Origin: Craspedostauros australis
Lineage: Eukaryota
Reading direction: 5' to 3'
Assembly (NCBI GenBank): GCA_030167865.1
Contig: JALAGF010003296.1
Coordinates: forward strand, 62,001 to 126,000
DNA length: 64,000 bases
The notes under the pieces were generated by a model, which ran no database searches, was not told the origin of the DNA, and worked only from the letters and a program-made list of their open reading frames with translations. Position numbers and translations under genes: made by a program. Positions 12,501 to 22,741 of this stretch are shown piece by piece; the stretch's first letter is position 1, and each line of letters starts with the position of its first letter.

Positions 12501-14782
12501 ATGCTGTTGTTCGTGTTGTTGGATTGCTGCTGCTGTCTGCGTTTGCCTTCCATGGCCTGAGAATCGTTGGGAGAAGGGAACGCGGTAGAAACATTGCGCT
12601 TGCTCTTGCGGTAGGACTTCAAACCCTTCAAGCTCGGTGGACTGATGTGCGCGTAACCCCTGTGTTTCCCATGATCCTGGTTGACAGCTGGCTGTGCCGT
12701 TGGTGATGTAGGATCGCCGCTGCTCTGGGCTGCCTTCGTTCCTGCGGAGGTTGGTCGCTTCTGCTTGGAACGGTAGCCCAGCACGGTGACGGCTTTGCTG
12801 CATTGTGTCGGCACTTCTCCTCGGCTCGGTGCCGTGTTGGGTGGTGGGATTTGTGTTCCTCGACTTGAAGATCGGCGAAAAGGCACTTGCAAGAAGGAGA
12901 GCTCGGCCGACGACACGGAGTCGTCATCATTGCTGGCATCAGACAGGAGGCTGCCGCATCTGCGCGTCGGAGACATGGAAGGGTTGATGGAGATGCAGCT
13001 GTTCTTCTCGGACAGTTCGTTGGACATGGCGGAGAACACGAGAGAGTCCGTGGAGCTGCTCATTTGGTAGATTGATGTGGGCATCGATTCCGATGGTGTC
13101 GCCTCCAGTCGCGATGGTTCCGAATCCTTGCTATGCTTGGCGTCCTTCGCTCGTACCGGATTGTTTGTCGCGTACGCCTGCGATGAGGATATCGTTGTCG
13201 TCGTTGTTGACGTTGGCGCAGGTTCATTGTGATGCGCTGCACTGTTGCCAACACTGCTGTTGTTATGATCTGTGGAGTTTGAGAGTGCTGGCGCACAAGC
13301 TGCCTTGCCTGCATTCCAAAGTTGCGGCATCCATCGTACGGAGGCAGCTGTCTGCTGTTCCGGGGTCGTGCGCGATCCCTCCGAAGAGCTTCCGGATGTG
13401 TACATGCTGGAAGCGCCCGAGGAATCCTCCGCATGCTGGGCACGTCCAGTCTCCTCGTCACCGAGCTGCTGATGATATTGCATGAGGATGACGTTGGCGA
13501 GCCGCCGCTTGCGTTCCGTTTCGCGGTGCGTGTCGGACAGGGACACGGAAGATGTGATGGAAGAATTCTGTGGAGAAGTCGTGCTAGCTGCTGCGCTTGG
13601 AGATGTGATTGTCGACATGCTGCGTTCGTCATGATGATGCTGGATTCCAACGTCGCCGTTCCATCGATTGCAACGCGTCTGTTGTTGTCTGGTCGCTGGT
13701 GTCGCAGAAGCCTGCTGCTTTGCGATTGCTTCGATGCCACCGGTGTTGGTGGTCATAGAACTGGCGCGCGGTCTTTGCTGTCTCTCATGCCATGACGATT
13801 CCGCCTGCGCATGATCCAGCTCCCGTCGCAGCTTGCGCCGTGACTGTTGCAGGTGTTGCTTGTCCATGATGTAATCCTCAATGGCATCATCATATATGTC
13901 CTCATAGTTGCTCGCATTCTCGCTGATCATGTCATCGTCGGTGTTCGATTTGGAACGCGATGGGAGGAAGGCGATGCCATTATCATTGGCACTTTCCATA
14001 TTGGAGTCACCATTGGTGTCATGGGTATTGTGCACGATGGAGTCTTTGGTGCTTTCGTTGATGCTAGTAGCATGGTAGTATGTTTGGAATTCGTCCTTCA
14101 TGTAGGCTGCTTTGCGATGAATGGGTACGGCAACGACAAGATCCTGTTTCGGATCGGTGGTACTACGGGTGGGAGTGTTGTTTGCCGAGTCCGGGCTACT
14201 GCTGATGCTGCTGCTCCTGCTGTCCTTCATCCATTGGTTGCCACGCATCATGTTCTGGTACGTCTGGATGGTCGGTAGCTCTGTCGGTGAATGCTGGTGT
14301 TGCTGCTGGTGCTGGTGCTGTGCATGATGGAAGTACCTTTCTGCTTCTTCCAATTCCATCTCAATTTCGTTGTGAATGTGAACTTGCACGTCATCATCAT
14401 CATCATAAGAATCATCATCCATGTGTCCCCTGCTGTTAATGTTGTCCACCTCCGTGCTCCAGCTGTAGTTCTCAAACATGTCATTCATCTCCCGGACGGT
14501 ATCCTTGAGGAAGGATGGTTCGGACAGGTCCGATGATTCCGAGACGGTGCGTTGGATGCGTGCATTATCGTTGTTGACAATGTTACTGTTGCGCTGGGTG
14601 CTGCGATGGCTGTGACTGTTGTTGTAGTGGGACGATGGCATTGATGACGATGATGCTGATGGTGGTGGTCGGCGCAATGGAGGCGGCTGTGGAAGCCATG
14701 ACTCATCGAAGGGTTGGTCCGCATCCTGGTGTTGCTGCCGACGTTGCTTGGAAGCCCCATGTCCCCGTTGTTGCTGCACCAT
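9539..14782 (-). CDS. Large (1747 aa) two-TM protein: long disordered N-terminus, TM, four Cys-rich beta-type repeats, C-terminal TM
   Basis: Uninterrupted 5.2-kb ORF. TM1 is CVMGVISLIALIFLVYLYW and TM2 is LWITIFALFWMLLLVMIWNL. The four repeats start NDFCADAIGP, NDTCERSIGP, NDQCVHAEGP and GRVCRSAVDL, and each contains a GVWY...GTG...S.C...I.VF.G.C..L.CV...YYILV-like core. Confidence 0.85.
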   Translation of the reverse strand: MVQQQRGHGASKQRRQQHQDADQPFDESWLPQPPPLRRPPPSASSSSMPSSHYNNSHSHRSTQRNSNIVNNDNARIQRTVSESSDLSEPSFLKDTVREMNDMFENYSWSTEVDNINSRGHMDDDSYDDDDDVQVHIHNEIEMELEEAERYFHHAQHQHQQQHQHSPTELPTIQTYQNMMRGNQWMKDSRSSSISSSPDSANNTPTRSTTDPKQDLVVAVPIHRKAAYMKDEFQTYYHATSINESTKDSIVHNTHDTNGDSNMESANDNGIAFLPSRSKSNTDDDMISENASNYEDIYDDAIEDYIMDKQHLQQSRRKLRRELDHAQAESSWHERQQRPRASSMTTNTGGIEAIAKQQASATPATRQQQTRCNRWNGDVGIQHHHDERSMSTITSPSAAASTTSPQNSSITSSVSLSDTHRETERKRRLANVILMQYHQQLGDEETGRAQHAEDSSGASSMYTSGSSSEGSRTTPEQQTAASVRWMPQLWNAGKAACAPALSNSTDHNNSSVGNSAAHHNEPAPTSTTTTTISSSQAYATNNPVRAKDAKHSKDSEPSRLEATPSESMPTSIYQMSSSTDSLVFSAMSNELSEKNSCISINPSMSPTRRCGSLLSDASNDDDSVSSAELSFLQVPFRRSSSRGTQIPPPNTAPSRGEVPTQCSKAVTVLGYRSKQKRPTSAGTKAAQSSGDPTSPTAQPAVNQDHGKHRGYAHISPPSLKGLKSYRKSKRNVSTAFPSPNDSQAMEGKRRQQQQSNNTNNSIKKNMTSSSITSTSTKNSSNNSNGQNSPPQQQTKSILKKSRYSKFKAIDAITARNTLYNSAPQQDIDLFAPSFMDDKVSSNASSSETGTDQNGCSQSSDVESGSNGSLIMIGNMDLLSTSSSTEPPIESTGRQSPDLQRRKPFKWNCRSMVKQCACVMGVISLIALIFLVYLYWDANSPSRGVAATAQAPVNDFCADAIGPISIKDGSVTYGTTLRATMEDIWQESQGMGIQTACPIRNGDNNTQSVGVWYHVEGTGNPALASVCQAGVAVEIFIFQGACDDDLTCVGSSSSLLSSSSISPSNPAMSDNCEAFAVWQTTALQPYYILVRQISPNDRGGGFALSIDPFVPNDTCERSIGPLQLNLTTTTTTSPTIADNDETIDDAAYRIESSTVGATDWEVGQSHLPTCAQNENIPTNGAWYSFAGTGGSLSLSTCHSSTDFGARISVFTDSDNSETNGSLVDNKIDSGSDSNSDAGARADFANACNDLSCVSTQFDSCPDASSGHGSITYVQTKKDVTYHIFVHGTTQFDVGDFILEIDESNMSNDQCVHAEGPLQPGMVSVSGTTVNATSDESIVPPSCGIIVDDLSLAQSEASRVSSPGVWYWVEGNGKTLSATLCNFNSADQTGSTADVRVSVYQGDSCGGLKCMAYQSAQDVCRLVVWSSIPSQRYYLHVQSPEGTEDDYRLHMGESDTGRVCRSAVDLFADDHGDVDGSDGRSGGGDTQGKVPDGASSATSGSTALSRRSFRRSVVMEGSTRSSRYYERGSFCQYHHPKSPVTWFRIVGTGGNMTASACAASDGFRPIISVLSGTCFDLGCVFGTSLNATCSDQSSSVQSLASPSSSNGEITLGGSGGDEQDLPQQWTPQAPLGEFTWNSRPGAEYFILVYGADSDTTGDFVLQVNRDVADDADVDGMRSDDDGQRGVGGGPTSDDAANNNSTDTSSDRGYLQLGQSVPLGLWITIFALFWMLLLVMIWNLCCKRRKDRADL

Positions 14783-16048
14783 CGTTGCTGTCTTGCTCTC
14801 ACCGATGACTCGCGATGGTCGGTGTTGCGATGTGTGATATGGTGTGATATGGTGGTGTGTGTTACGGTGATGTGGGAGTATGCACGATGCGAGGCGATGT
14901 GACGTGATGCGAAGTGATGAATGAGGCAGCCTTCGGGATCCTGGTGGATTGAGTCGAGTTGAGCAACTCTCTTCTCAACTATACTGAACTCTACTGAACT
15001 CTGGTCCAGTCTGAATCTATTGCATACAATTCTCCACTCGGTCACTTCCCTCCAGTCTGCACTGTTGTCAAAGAAGGTAAATATATCCGATCAGTCAATA
15101 GCTGGTGTAACAGTGCATTCAGGGTGGAGCACTCCCTCCCTCCACCATGAACGACCACCGACACATCTCATCACATCTCATCACATCTCATCACAACACA
15201 TCGCATCACATCACAACACACATCAGAATCAAGGGCAAATCAAACCAAGTAAGAAACGAAACAGAACAGAGCGAAACGAAACAACACAAAAACGCAGAGA
15301 GCGACCGTTGGAGACAGGCGGAACGGTGATGGCGAATTGCCCGCTTCGTTGTTTCACGATTTCGTGGCGCGCATGCGGGTCGGAAGGCGCGTTTGGGGTC
15401 GCCGATAAGACACGTCTGCGACATGGGATGTAGTCGTATGAATCGAGACACACTTGTCACAGTCTGACCGGCGTCAGTGTGTTTGATTCTGCGGACCTGA
15501 CGTAAGTATGGAAAGGACTGTATCATGCTTTCGACTCGATGGAACAAATCAAAAGATACATTCAACTTTGTGGACAGGGTGAAGTCTGTCTGCCGCGATC
15601 TTTTCGACGTCAAGGCTTGTCGGATCGCGACGTGCATCGTTCTTTACCGTGTGGCGCTGCATTGTGCTGTGTTGTGTCGTGTTGTGTTGCGCAGTGTTGT
15701 GTCTTTTGATGTGCCGTACCAGCGGTGGTAGCGAATTACGGTGTGATCCAGCGCACGGCGCTTCTGTTGTGTGGTCTTTCTTGGGTCGCTCCTTCGCGCG
15801 CATGCGGCATCGTGTCAAGAGTAGAGCGCGCGGAAGAAAGAAACGCGGCGTCAACAGCGACACTGGGACATCAACGCGTATCTGGCATCACGCCCGTACG
15901 ATCGCGAGCGCTTGTGCACCACACACCAATCAACGCCATCGTTCGCTTCTGCCGACCCCAAAACAGCATCAACAGCACCAACGCAACAATCGTTCACAAA
16001 TAGTCTACTCTCGCCATCTCCGCGCATTCACCAACAAACGAATTCACC

Positions 16049-17547
16049 ATGAAGCTCGCCATCTTTGCCGTCCTTGCCTCGTAAGTGCGATGCACCCCTA
16101 TCGGTGTTCACATGTGGCTTTGATTGTGGCTATGATGGTGGTCGACTCGCAGTGGTGGTTGGACGGCAATGTCCCAGTCTTGCTGGCAGTGTCTGTCGTG
16201 CAGTGCAGTGCAATGGGAGATGTGAATTAGGAACAGCCTGTTGCATCGATGGAAGGCGCTTCGCCTGCTGCTTGTACCCTTGTGCCAACAGTCATGCTTC
16301 GTCACTGCGCAGCCGTTGGTGCCGATTTACGTGTCAGTGGCGGACTTGGCATCGGATGCAGGATGGCATGGGCTGATGGGAATCTGCTGTGGCTGGCTTA
16401 CTGCAAACGGGAGGCTACGAGCAAGGCAACAGCCGTTCGATTCAACCAACGCAGGGATGATGTGGAACGGAGGGAGAGGGTGCGGATGCGCAGGCCGGAC
16501 GACATGCGGCCATTCTGCAAAGGAAGGGCGGGATGGAACCGGGTGGGAGGGGCGACCGTGATGTCGAACGGGCTGCTGGGGACGGAGGGGGCAATTTGAT
16601 GCATCACCGTGGGCCGAAGCGAAGACTGCGACAGAGGGATGCTGGTGGATGACAGACACTGCGGCAGCCACCATCCGTCGCACACGATTCCTTTCATCCG
16701 CAACGATCGCCTAGCGCAGCATTACGGACGGACCTGGTTGGACAGCAAACGCCAGACGTCACTACCGCGGCGAAGTTAGACTCGCCGTCACCCCATCAAC
16801 CCCACCCGACAAACTCCGACCAATCCAGACGACATCACCAACTTCCTATGCACAACAAGCACGAAGACAATCGAATGGAACTGTTGCGCACGCGGAAAGT
16901 GATCCGCCAAACCATCCAACCGCCAGCCTTCCTTCCTTCCGACATATCCCAGCCTAGTGCGCGTCGCGAAACCATGATCTTTTGTTGTGCCAAGCATTCG
17001 TCTAACGTTCTCCACCTTCATGTTCGCCCTTCTCCTTCGATACCGTTCCAACCGAATCAACCATCATGCACCCACACACTCATCGTGCACTCGATAAAAC
17101 ATTGACGCCAACAACAACGATGACGATAACAGCACCGCCGCTGCGTTCGTCGCCCCAAACGTCGCGCGACCAGCCACCGAATTGGCCGCCGAGCGCCGTG
17201 AATTCCTTTCCGGAGCCGCCGCCGCCGTTGTTGGTATGGCCGCATTCGCGCCAGCCGCCAACGCCATCCGCGACTACGACGATGTCGGTCTCCTCGGAGG
17301 ATCCCAGATCGTTGACGTCAACAACGCCAACGTCCGTGTCTACCTCAAGATGCCAGGTCTTTACCCAAACCTCGCCGGAAAGATCGTGACCAACGGACCA
17401 TACAAGACCGTCAGTGAGCTGTACAGCATCCCAGGACTCTCCTCCGCCGAGAAGGATCTCCTCAAGAAGTACGAGGGACGATTCACCGCCAAGGAGCCAC
17501 AGGCTGACTACGTCATCGACATCTTCAACAACGGACTCTACCGTTAA
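16049..17547 (+). CDS. psbU: Photosystem II extrinsic 12 kDa protein PsbU precursor; exons 16049-16080 and 17133-17547
   Basis: The spliced product begins MKLAIFAVLAS|TAAAFVAP (signal peptide + AF), then RREFL...AANA (Tat/thylakoid signal). The mature part IVDVNNANVRVYLKMPGLYPNLAGKIVTNGPY...IFNNGLYR is the PsbU signature. Donor TC|GTAAGT and acceptor TAACAG|C keep the frame. Confidence 0.96.
16081..17132 (+). other. Spliceosomal intron (1052 bp) within the psbU signal peptide
   Basis: Consensus GTAAGT donor and AG acceptor. Phase-2 splicing rebuilds an intact bipartite presequence. Confidence 0.88.
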
Positions 17548-18648
17548 ACAACCTTTCCTGGATCAAGTCAATTGAATTGATCGGGGGCCCACGGGGAGCA
17601 GCGTTCCCTCCATCTCTCGATCACTCCACGTTGTATAGTTGTGCCTATCAATATCCACTCAGACCCATCCGGAACAATACAGAACACACACTCACAAACG
17701 AACACACAAACACACCGTACTCCAACAAGTCAACATTCGGCAGTACACACGCCTACAGACCCCAACGATTTTGGCGTCATCGCCAAGTCCTTGTGGGATC
17801 GTCCGGACGCCACGATGTCAACGTCGTGATATTCCGGATTCGCTGTGGTGGGATCTTGCATGAACACGTAGAGACAAAGGGTAACTTCGTAGATAGTTCA
17901 TGATATCTCGCCAAGCCATCGTTGTTCGTCTGTTTGTTATCCTTGTCGTCAAGTGTCATGCTCCGTGGACGTTGATTGTCTTCGTGTTGCGTTGTGATGG
18001 AGTGCTCCGCTCTGTTGTTGGGAGTGTTTGATTTGGACATTGTGCCACAACTAGAACCGCCAACTGATGTCACTTCGGCAAGACACAATACGTAATCGGC
18101 ACGCTTCATCCTCTGCAGAGACGTATGGCACTATTATTACATACTGGCGCGAGAGAGAGAGAGGTGAGTCCAGGTGATGCTGACCAGCACTGTATCCGTT
18201 CTTCTACCTCTCTACCACTGCTAGCTCTTTCGCGTACTCGGTGTACAGTGAAGTTGCTTGTCAACACGTGGAAGTTACTAACCAATACATATGGACTTAT
18301 GTATAGGATGCATGTACTCTACTATATTACGAGATCTGGCCTTGCTCCTCTATCTCTTTCACGTGCAGCTCACGCTTGCTCTTGGACGAATTCGGTGGCT
18401 GCGCGTACTGCTACGCTGCGGGGTCTGTAATACGAACAGTATCGCAGTGTCAACGTCGAAAGAACATCCTTCTTTCGTGCTGTCCTCAGGTTGCGTTGAT
18501 GTCTCTCTCTCTCTCGTTTGATCGCAAAGCATAGTACATCGATCTCGTCATCGTTCCGCTTCGTACCAGAGTGCGACGGAATCATCTTCTGATCAATTTG
18601 GGCTGCATGCACATGACGTCGCACCACAGCGTCGCAGCACCAATGATT

Positions 18649-18936
18649 CTACTGCTCGTTGTTGTGCGGATGACTGCGGATGTACAGCGCTCTTCGTCGG
18701 TCCGCCTCTTCCTTCTGCTTGCGTTGCAGCTGCAGCTTGTGGATCCTCATGTACTCCCCGCTGCGATCGAAGCCTTCGTTGTTATTCATCATTGCCTCCG
18801 ATGCGGCACCTCCGATGATGGGGGCGGGATCATTCGGATCCAGATTCTCCAGGTACAGCGGGATGCGTGGTTTGGCCGTTGCGGAACTCAGCAGGCATGC
18901 CGCCAGTAGCAGCAGTGGCGTTCGTGTGGATGGCAT
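18649..18936 (-). CDS. Small secreted hypothetical protein (95 aa)
   Basis: MPSTRTPLLLLAACLLSSATA is a clear signal peptide followed by a hydrophilic mature region. No family recognised. Confidence 0.55.
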   Translation of the reverse strand: MPSTRTPLLLLAACLLSSATAKPRIPLYLENLDPNDPAPIIGGAASEAMMNNNEGFDRSGEYMRIHKLQLQRKQKEEADRRRALYIRSHPHNNEQ

Positions 18937-19848
18937 CGTATCAACGTTCTGCGAGTATTGTTGTGCTGCTCTGCGCTCGTATTGTATCCTGCCGGTGGTA
19001 CGCAGCGGTATGGTACACTCTGTTCTTCTTTCACTGGTGTCGTTGTTGTCGTTGCTGTCGTTATTGCTGAAGTTGACGTGGCTGTTGTTTCGCGTTGTGA
19101 ACAGACCTCTGATGTCAACGCCAAGCGCACCGTCATGCACATGGCGTTCATCCACATCGCGTGCCATGGTCAAGACTTTTTGCCGTGTCCACGTTTGTTG
19201 TTGTTGGTGTCCCCAACGGTCGCGGGAATGGGACCAATTTTGTGAGAGTGAATATCATTACATCGCCAAACCGCCATAATAACCTCAAAATAACTTCCAC
19301 AAACGCCCGCACCCCCACAAAGTCGTGATTGGAATGTCTCATCCACGACTCGTTCCCCCCTTGTCACAAAGTCCAAACCCCGCCAATTCCGGAACTGCCC
19401 AGGCCATCTTTGGTGGTTTGTTCCATCTCGATCTACCGTGATCTGGTATGATCGATTATGTTCATGTCCATCTTCATGGGTCCACCCTCCCCGAGCCCAT
19501 GAACATGGACGATCCGATTCGAACCACGCCAAAGCTTCGCGTGTGCTGCTGAGCATTGTGTGCACGCCGTTTGCTCCGCGACGCACCTGAGAGCGTGGGG
19601 AATGGTGGTATCTTCATGGCGTCGAGAATCATGTGTCCACACACATCGCAGGGAAACGTTCATGCGAGGTCGTGCGTCCTGTGCTTGTGCGTTGATGTGT
19701 GGTGTTGGGCAGAGCATTTGACTTCGCATGAGCGACAATCCTTCACCTCACAAAATCCCGATTGACACAAAAACAGAAACCGGACGAATTCGAGCATCAC
19801 CTCGCCAGCCGCACACCTCAAACACAACACCAAACACAATACAACACA

Positions 19849-20526
19849 ATGAAGATCACACCAACCAGCAATCTCGTCTTCCGCTACATCTCCCTGCCAC
19901 ACGGCCTCGGAGGACGCGGAGGAGTCCAGCGTTTCTTCATGCTGGCCAACGAGATCCCATTCTCGGAGGATCTGTACGGCGCCAAGTGGCCGGAGGCCAA
20001 GAAGGCCATGGTCGAGAGCGGCGAGAACCCATGCGGCAGCGCCCCCGTCATCTACTGCAAGGATGACGATTCCGTCCACCTGTCGCAGGCCATCGCAGGC
20101 AGCAAGTACATCGGCGCCGTCTTCGGTGCCACCACCGGCGATGCGTACGGCGACTACGTGCAGGATCTCGTCTGCGACGAATACCAGGGATTCCGCGATC
20201 TCTGGGTGGCCATGGCCTTTGCCTCTGGCGACGACGCCGAGGATAAGAAGAAGGCGTACCGCGAGGAATCCCTTCCGAAGCAGCTCACAAAGTTCGATGC
20301 TCTTTATGGCAAGTTCAAGACCCACGACGTCTACCTCAGCGTGAGCAAGAAGACAAACATGCCGCTGTGGGGTGATGCCGCCCTCTTCGGTCTGATCCGC
20401 GACAACGTCATCACAGGCTTCATGAAGATGGACGACCTCGACAAGTACCCCAACCTCGCCTCCATGTACAAGTCCTACGCGAAGATTGGCCCGGTCGCTG
20501 CATGGATCGAAAAGGTTGCTGCTTAA
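19849..20526 (+). CDS. Glutathione S-transferase-like protein
   Basis: FRY...GRGGVQRFFM...IPF, NPCGSAPV (cis-Pro) and LSQAIAGSKYI match the GST N-domain. The helical C-domain has PLWGDAALF and DKYPNL. Strong GC3 codon bias and a CA-rich 5' leader ending ACAATG. Confidence 0.85.
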   Translation: MKITPTSNLVFRYISLPHGLGGRGGVQRFFMLANEIPFSEDLYGAKWPEAKKAMVESGENPCGSAPVIYCKDDDSVHLSQAIAGSKYIGAVFGATTGDAYGDYVQDLVCDEYQGFRDLWVAMAFASGDDAEDKKKAYREESLPKQLTKFDALYGKFKTHDVYLSVSKKTNMPLWGDAALFGLIRDNVITGFMKMDDLDKYPNLASMYKSYAKIGPVAAWIEKVAA

Positions 20527-21640
20527 TCTTGAAGCAAAGCAAATCGAAAAGCAAACGGCAGCAATAAAAACAATACGCATGGCACGTACTGGCTATCCAA
20601 ATAGAGTGGAACATGATCTTGAGCACTCCATAGATCACATAACAGCAAACAAACTTGAACGCTCTGCCACGTGAAACCATTGCTCTGCATGTGCGATTGC
20701 GTACGGGGAATATGCGTATGCCTGTCGCCTGAGAAACAGGAGCAACCGACGCAGGAGCGCGCCCCTTCATGGCGAGTGTCAGTGTCCACAGTGAGAACTC
20801 ATGCTCATTTCGTTTTCGCAGACGGTGAAACGGAACTCGATGCGATCTTTTCGGTTGCGAGAAAGGTTGATGTCCGTCTGTCCGACAACCGAGACGGGAG
20901 AACAGCTTCTTCTATCAACTCCATTCTATATCTATCATTGTAGCGCAAGGGAAGCTTGATCACATGAGTCGGAGGCGCAGATGGTCATTGGAATCGTGAA
21001 AGGAGTTCCAGTTCTACTGGCGCGGTATTCAAATGACATTTAGAGGTTTGTCACTTCAAGTTGGACAATCAGATGGTTCGGATTGGTGCCAGGAGAGTAT
21101 GCGCTCTTTGTGTAACTTCAACCACGTGATGCCTTCGACGTTGTACAGTGGCAGTACCGAACATGCTGCAATGTGCGTTGGCGATTGTGTTTCATGTTTT
21201 AGCCGACAGTTATTTGATCTGTGGGTGAGTTTTATCCAAAGGCACGCACGACAAAGGCCGTCTGACAAAGCGCCTTGGTTCGTGGAAGAGGGATTGGTTG
21301 GACTGTGCGTGGTTGGAACCTCTTGTCTTTTCGTCACGATCAGGTGCTTTGTTGCGTCGCTGTCGTGTGCTCCGCATTGCCGTGCCCTGGACTTGTGTGC
21401 GATTCTCGTTGTCGTTCTTGCTCAAGCGGTCTGTCGTGGCAGAGTACTCATGCGGCTACGGGCAGAGGAGGATGTAACGTGGGTTTGCGTGTTGGCATGT
21501 TTGATGATTTAAAATTTAAGAAATCTATGGGCTGCGGCTGGTCGTTTGGTTTGATGCCTCGCTCCTTCGTTATATGGCATGATAGTCTAGATTGTATGCG
21601 TTTTGTATGGCATGTGCTGTGCTGCAATGCGATTGGCCGC

Positions 21641-22741
21641 CTAAGCTCTGGTGACACGGGACTGCGATCGCTGCGTGGCGAGACGTCGTGGGTGTGACTG
21701 CGGGATGCAGAGCTCGTCGAGGATCGTGATGGCTTGCTGGTAGGCGAAGTCGGCCTCGTTGTTCTGGTAGAGGCGCTCGTGGCAGTAGCCCATGTCGTGG
21801 TAGACGATGGCCATCTCCATGCAGGCCCGCGAAGAGCAGCACTTGAGGGCCTCCTGAAAGCAGAGGAGGGCGACGGCCGGCTTGTTCTGCATGTGGCAAC
21901 GGACGAGTCCCAGGGCGCTCCATTCGGACATGGTGCGTCCCATGCTCGCGTTTGGGTTGGCCAGCGACTGCTCGAGGTTGGAGAGGACCTTGTGCAGGTG
22001 CAGGTTGGTGCTGCTCTCGTCCTCGTCCAGTCTCGGCGTCATGAGCGCGTCGTCATCGTCATGGCCATCTGTGTTGGAGGTGGAGGTGGCGGTCGTGGCA
22101 GACGTGCGCACGGTCTCGGTGGTCTCCGTGCTGCTGTCGTCGTCGTTGAGCGTCTCCGTGCTGGACGTGTTGTGCGAGGAGTGGCACAGGCTGCGCGTGC
22201 GGCTGTTGTGGCCATCGTTGCTGGCGTGCTCGTCGACGTCCACGCTGTCCTCGTCGTCATCGCGATCGTAGAAGACTGGCTCGGTGGGATCGTAGGTGAT
22301 GATGTGCGGCTGGCTTCTGCAGTAGTACGTGGTGTCGCAGAACGTGAGGGTCTCCTTCACCTTCCTTGACGGGGCATGGTGCTGTTGAGAAGAAGCTTCG
22401 TTGCTGCGTCTGCTCTTGCTGGCCTTGGCCGAGCGTCTGCGGATCGATCCCTTCTGCAGGGTCGCCGGAGACGAAGACAGAGGCGATGGGAGCGACGAGG
22501 GGGATGCGGGATGCGACGTCGTTGGGGTCATGGAGATCGTGGGAGCCGATGGTGGAGACAGAGGAGAGGAGGAGTCTGCGGCCTCCGGGGATTGTTGCGA
22601 TGGTGGCGATGCTGGGTCGTTGCTGGCGGCATGCGCATGGCTGTGTCCATCCCTTTGTCCATCCCTGAGATGGTGCTCCTCGGGATGTGACGACGACACT
22701 GTCCGTAGCTGCGTGGACATGACTGATGGGTTCATGATCAT
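21641..22741 (-). CDS. TPR-repeat protein with low-complexity N-terminus
   Basis: C-terminal WSALGLVRC....PAVALLCFQEAL and AIVYHDMGYCHERLYQNNEADFAYQQAITI are TPR-like helical pairs. The ORF has a GC3-rich coding bias. Confidence 0.75.
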   Translation of the reverse strand: MIMNPSVMSTQLRTVSSSHPEEHHLRDGQRDGHSHAHAASNDPASPPSQQSPEAADSSSPLSPPSAPTISMTPTTSHPASPSSLPSPLSSSPATLQKGSIRRRSAKASKSRRSNEASSQQHHAPSRKVKETLTFCDTTYYCRSQPHIITYDPTEPVFYDRDDDEDSVDVDEHASNDGHNSRTRSLCHSSHNTSSTETLNDDDSSTETTETVRTSATTATSTSNTDGHDDDDALMTPRLDEDESSTNLHLHKVLSNLEQSLANPNASMGRTMSEWSALGLVRCHMQNKPAVALLCFQEALKCCSSRACMEMAIVYHDMGYCHERLYQNNEADFAYQQAITILDELCIPQSHPRRLATQRSQSRVTRA

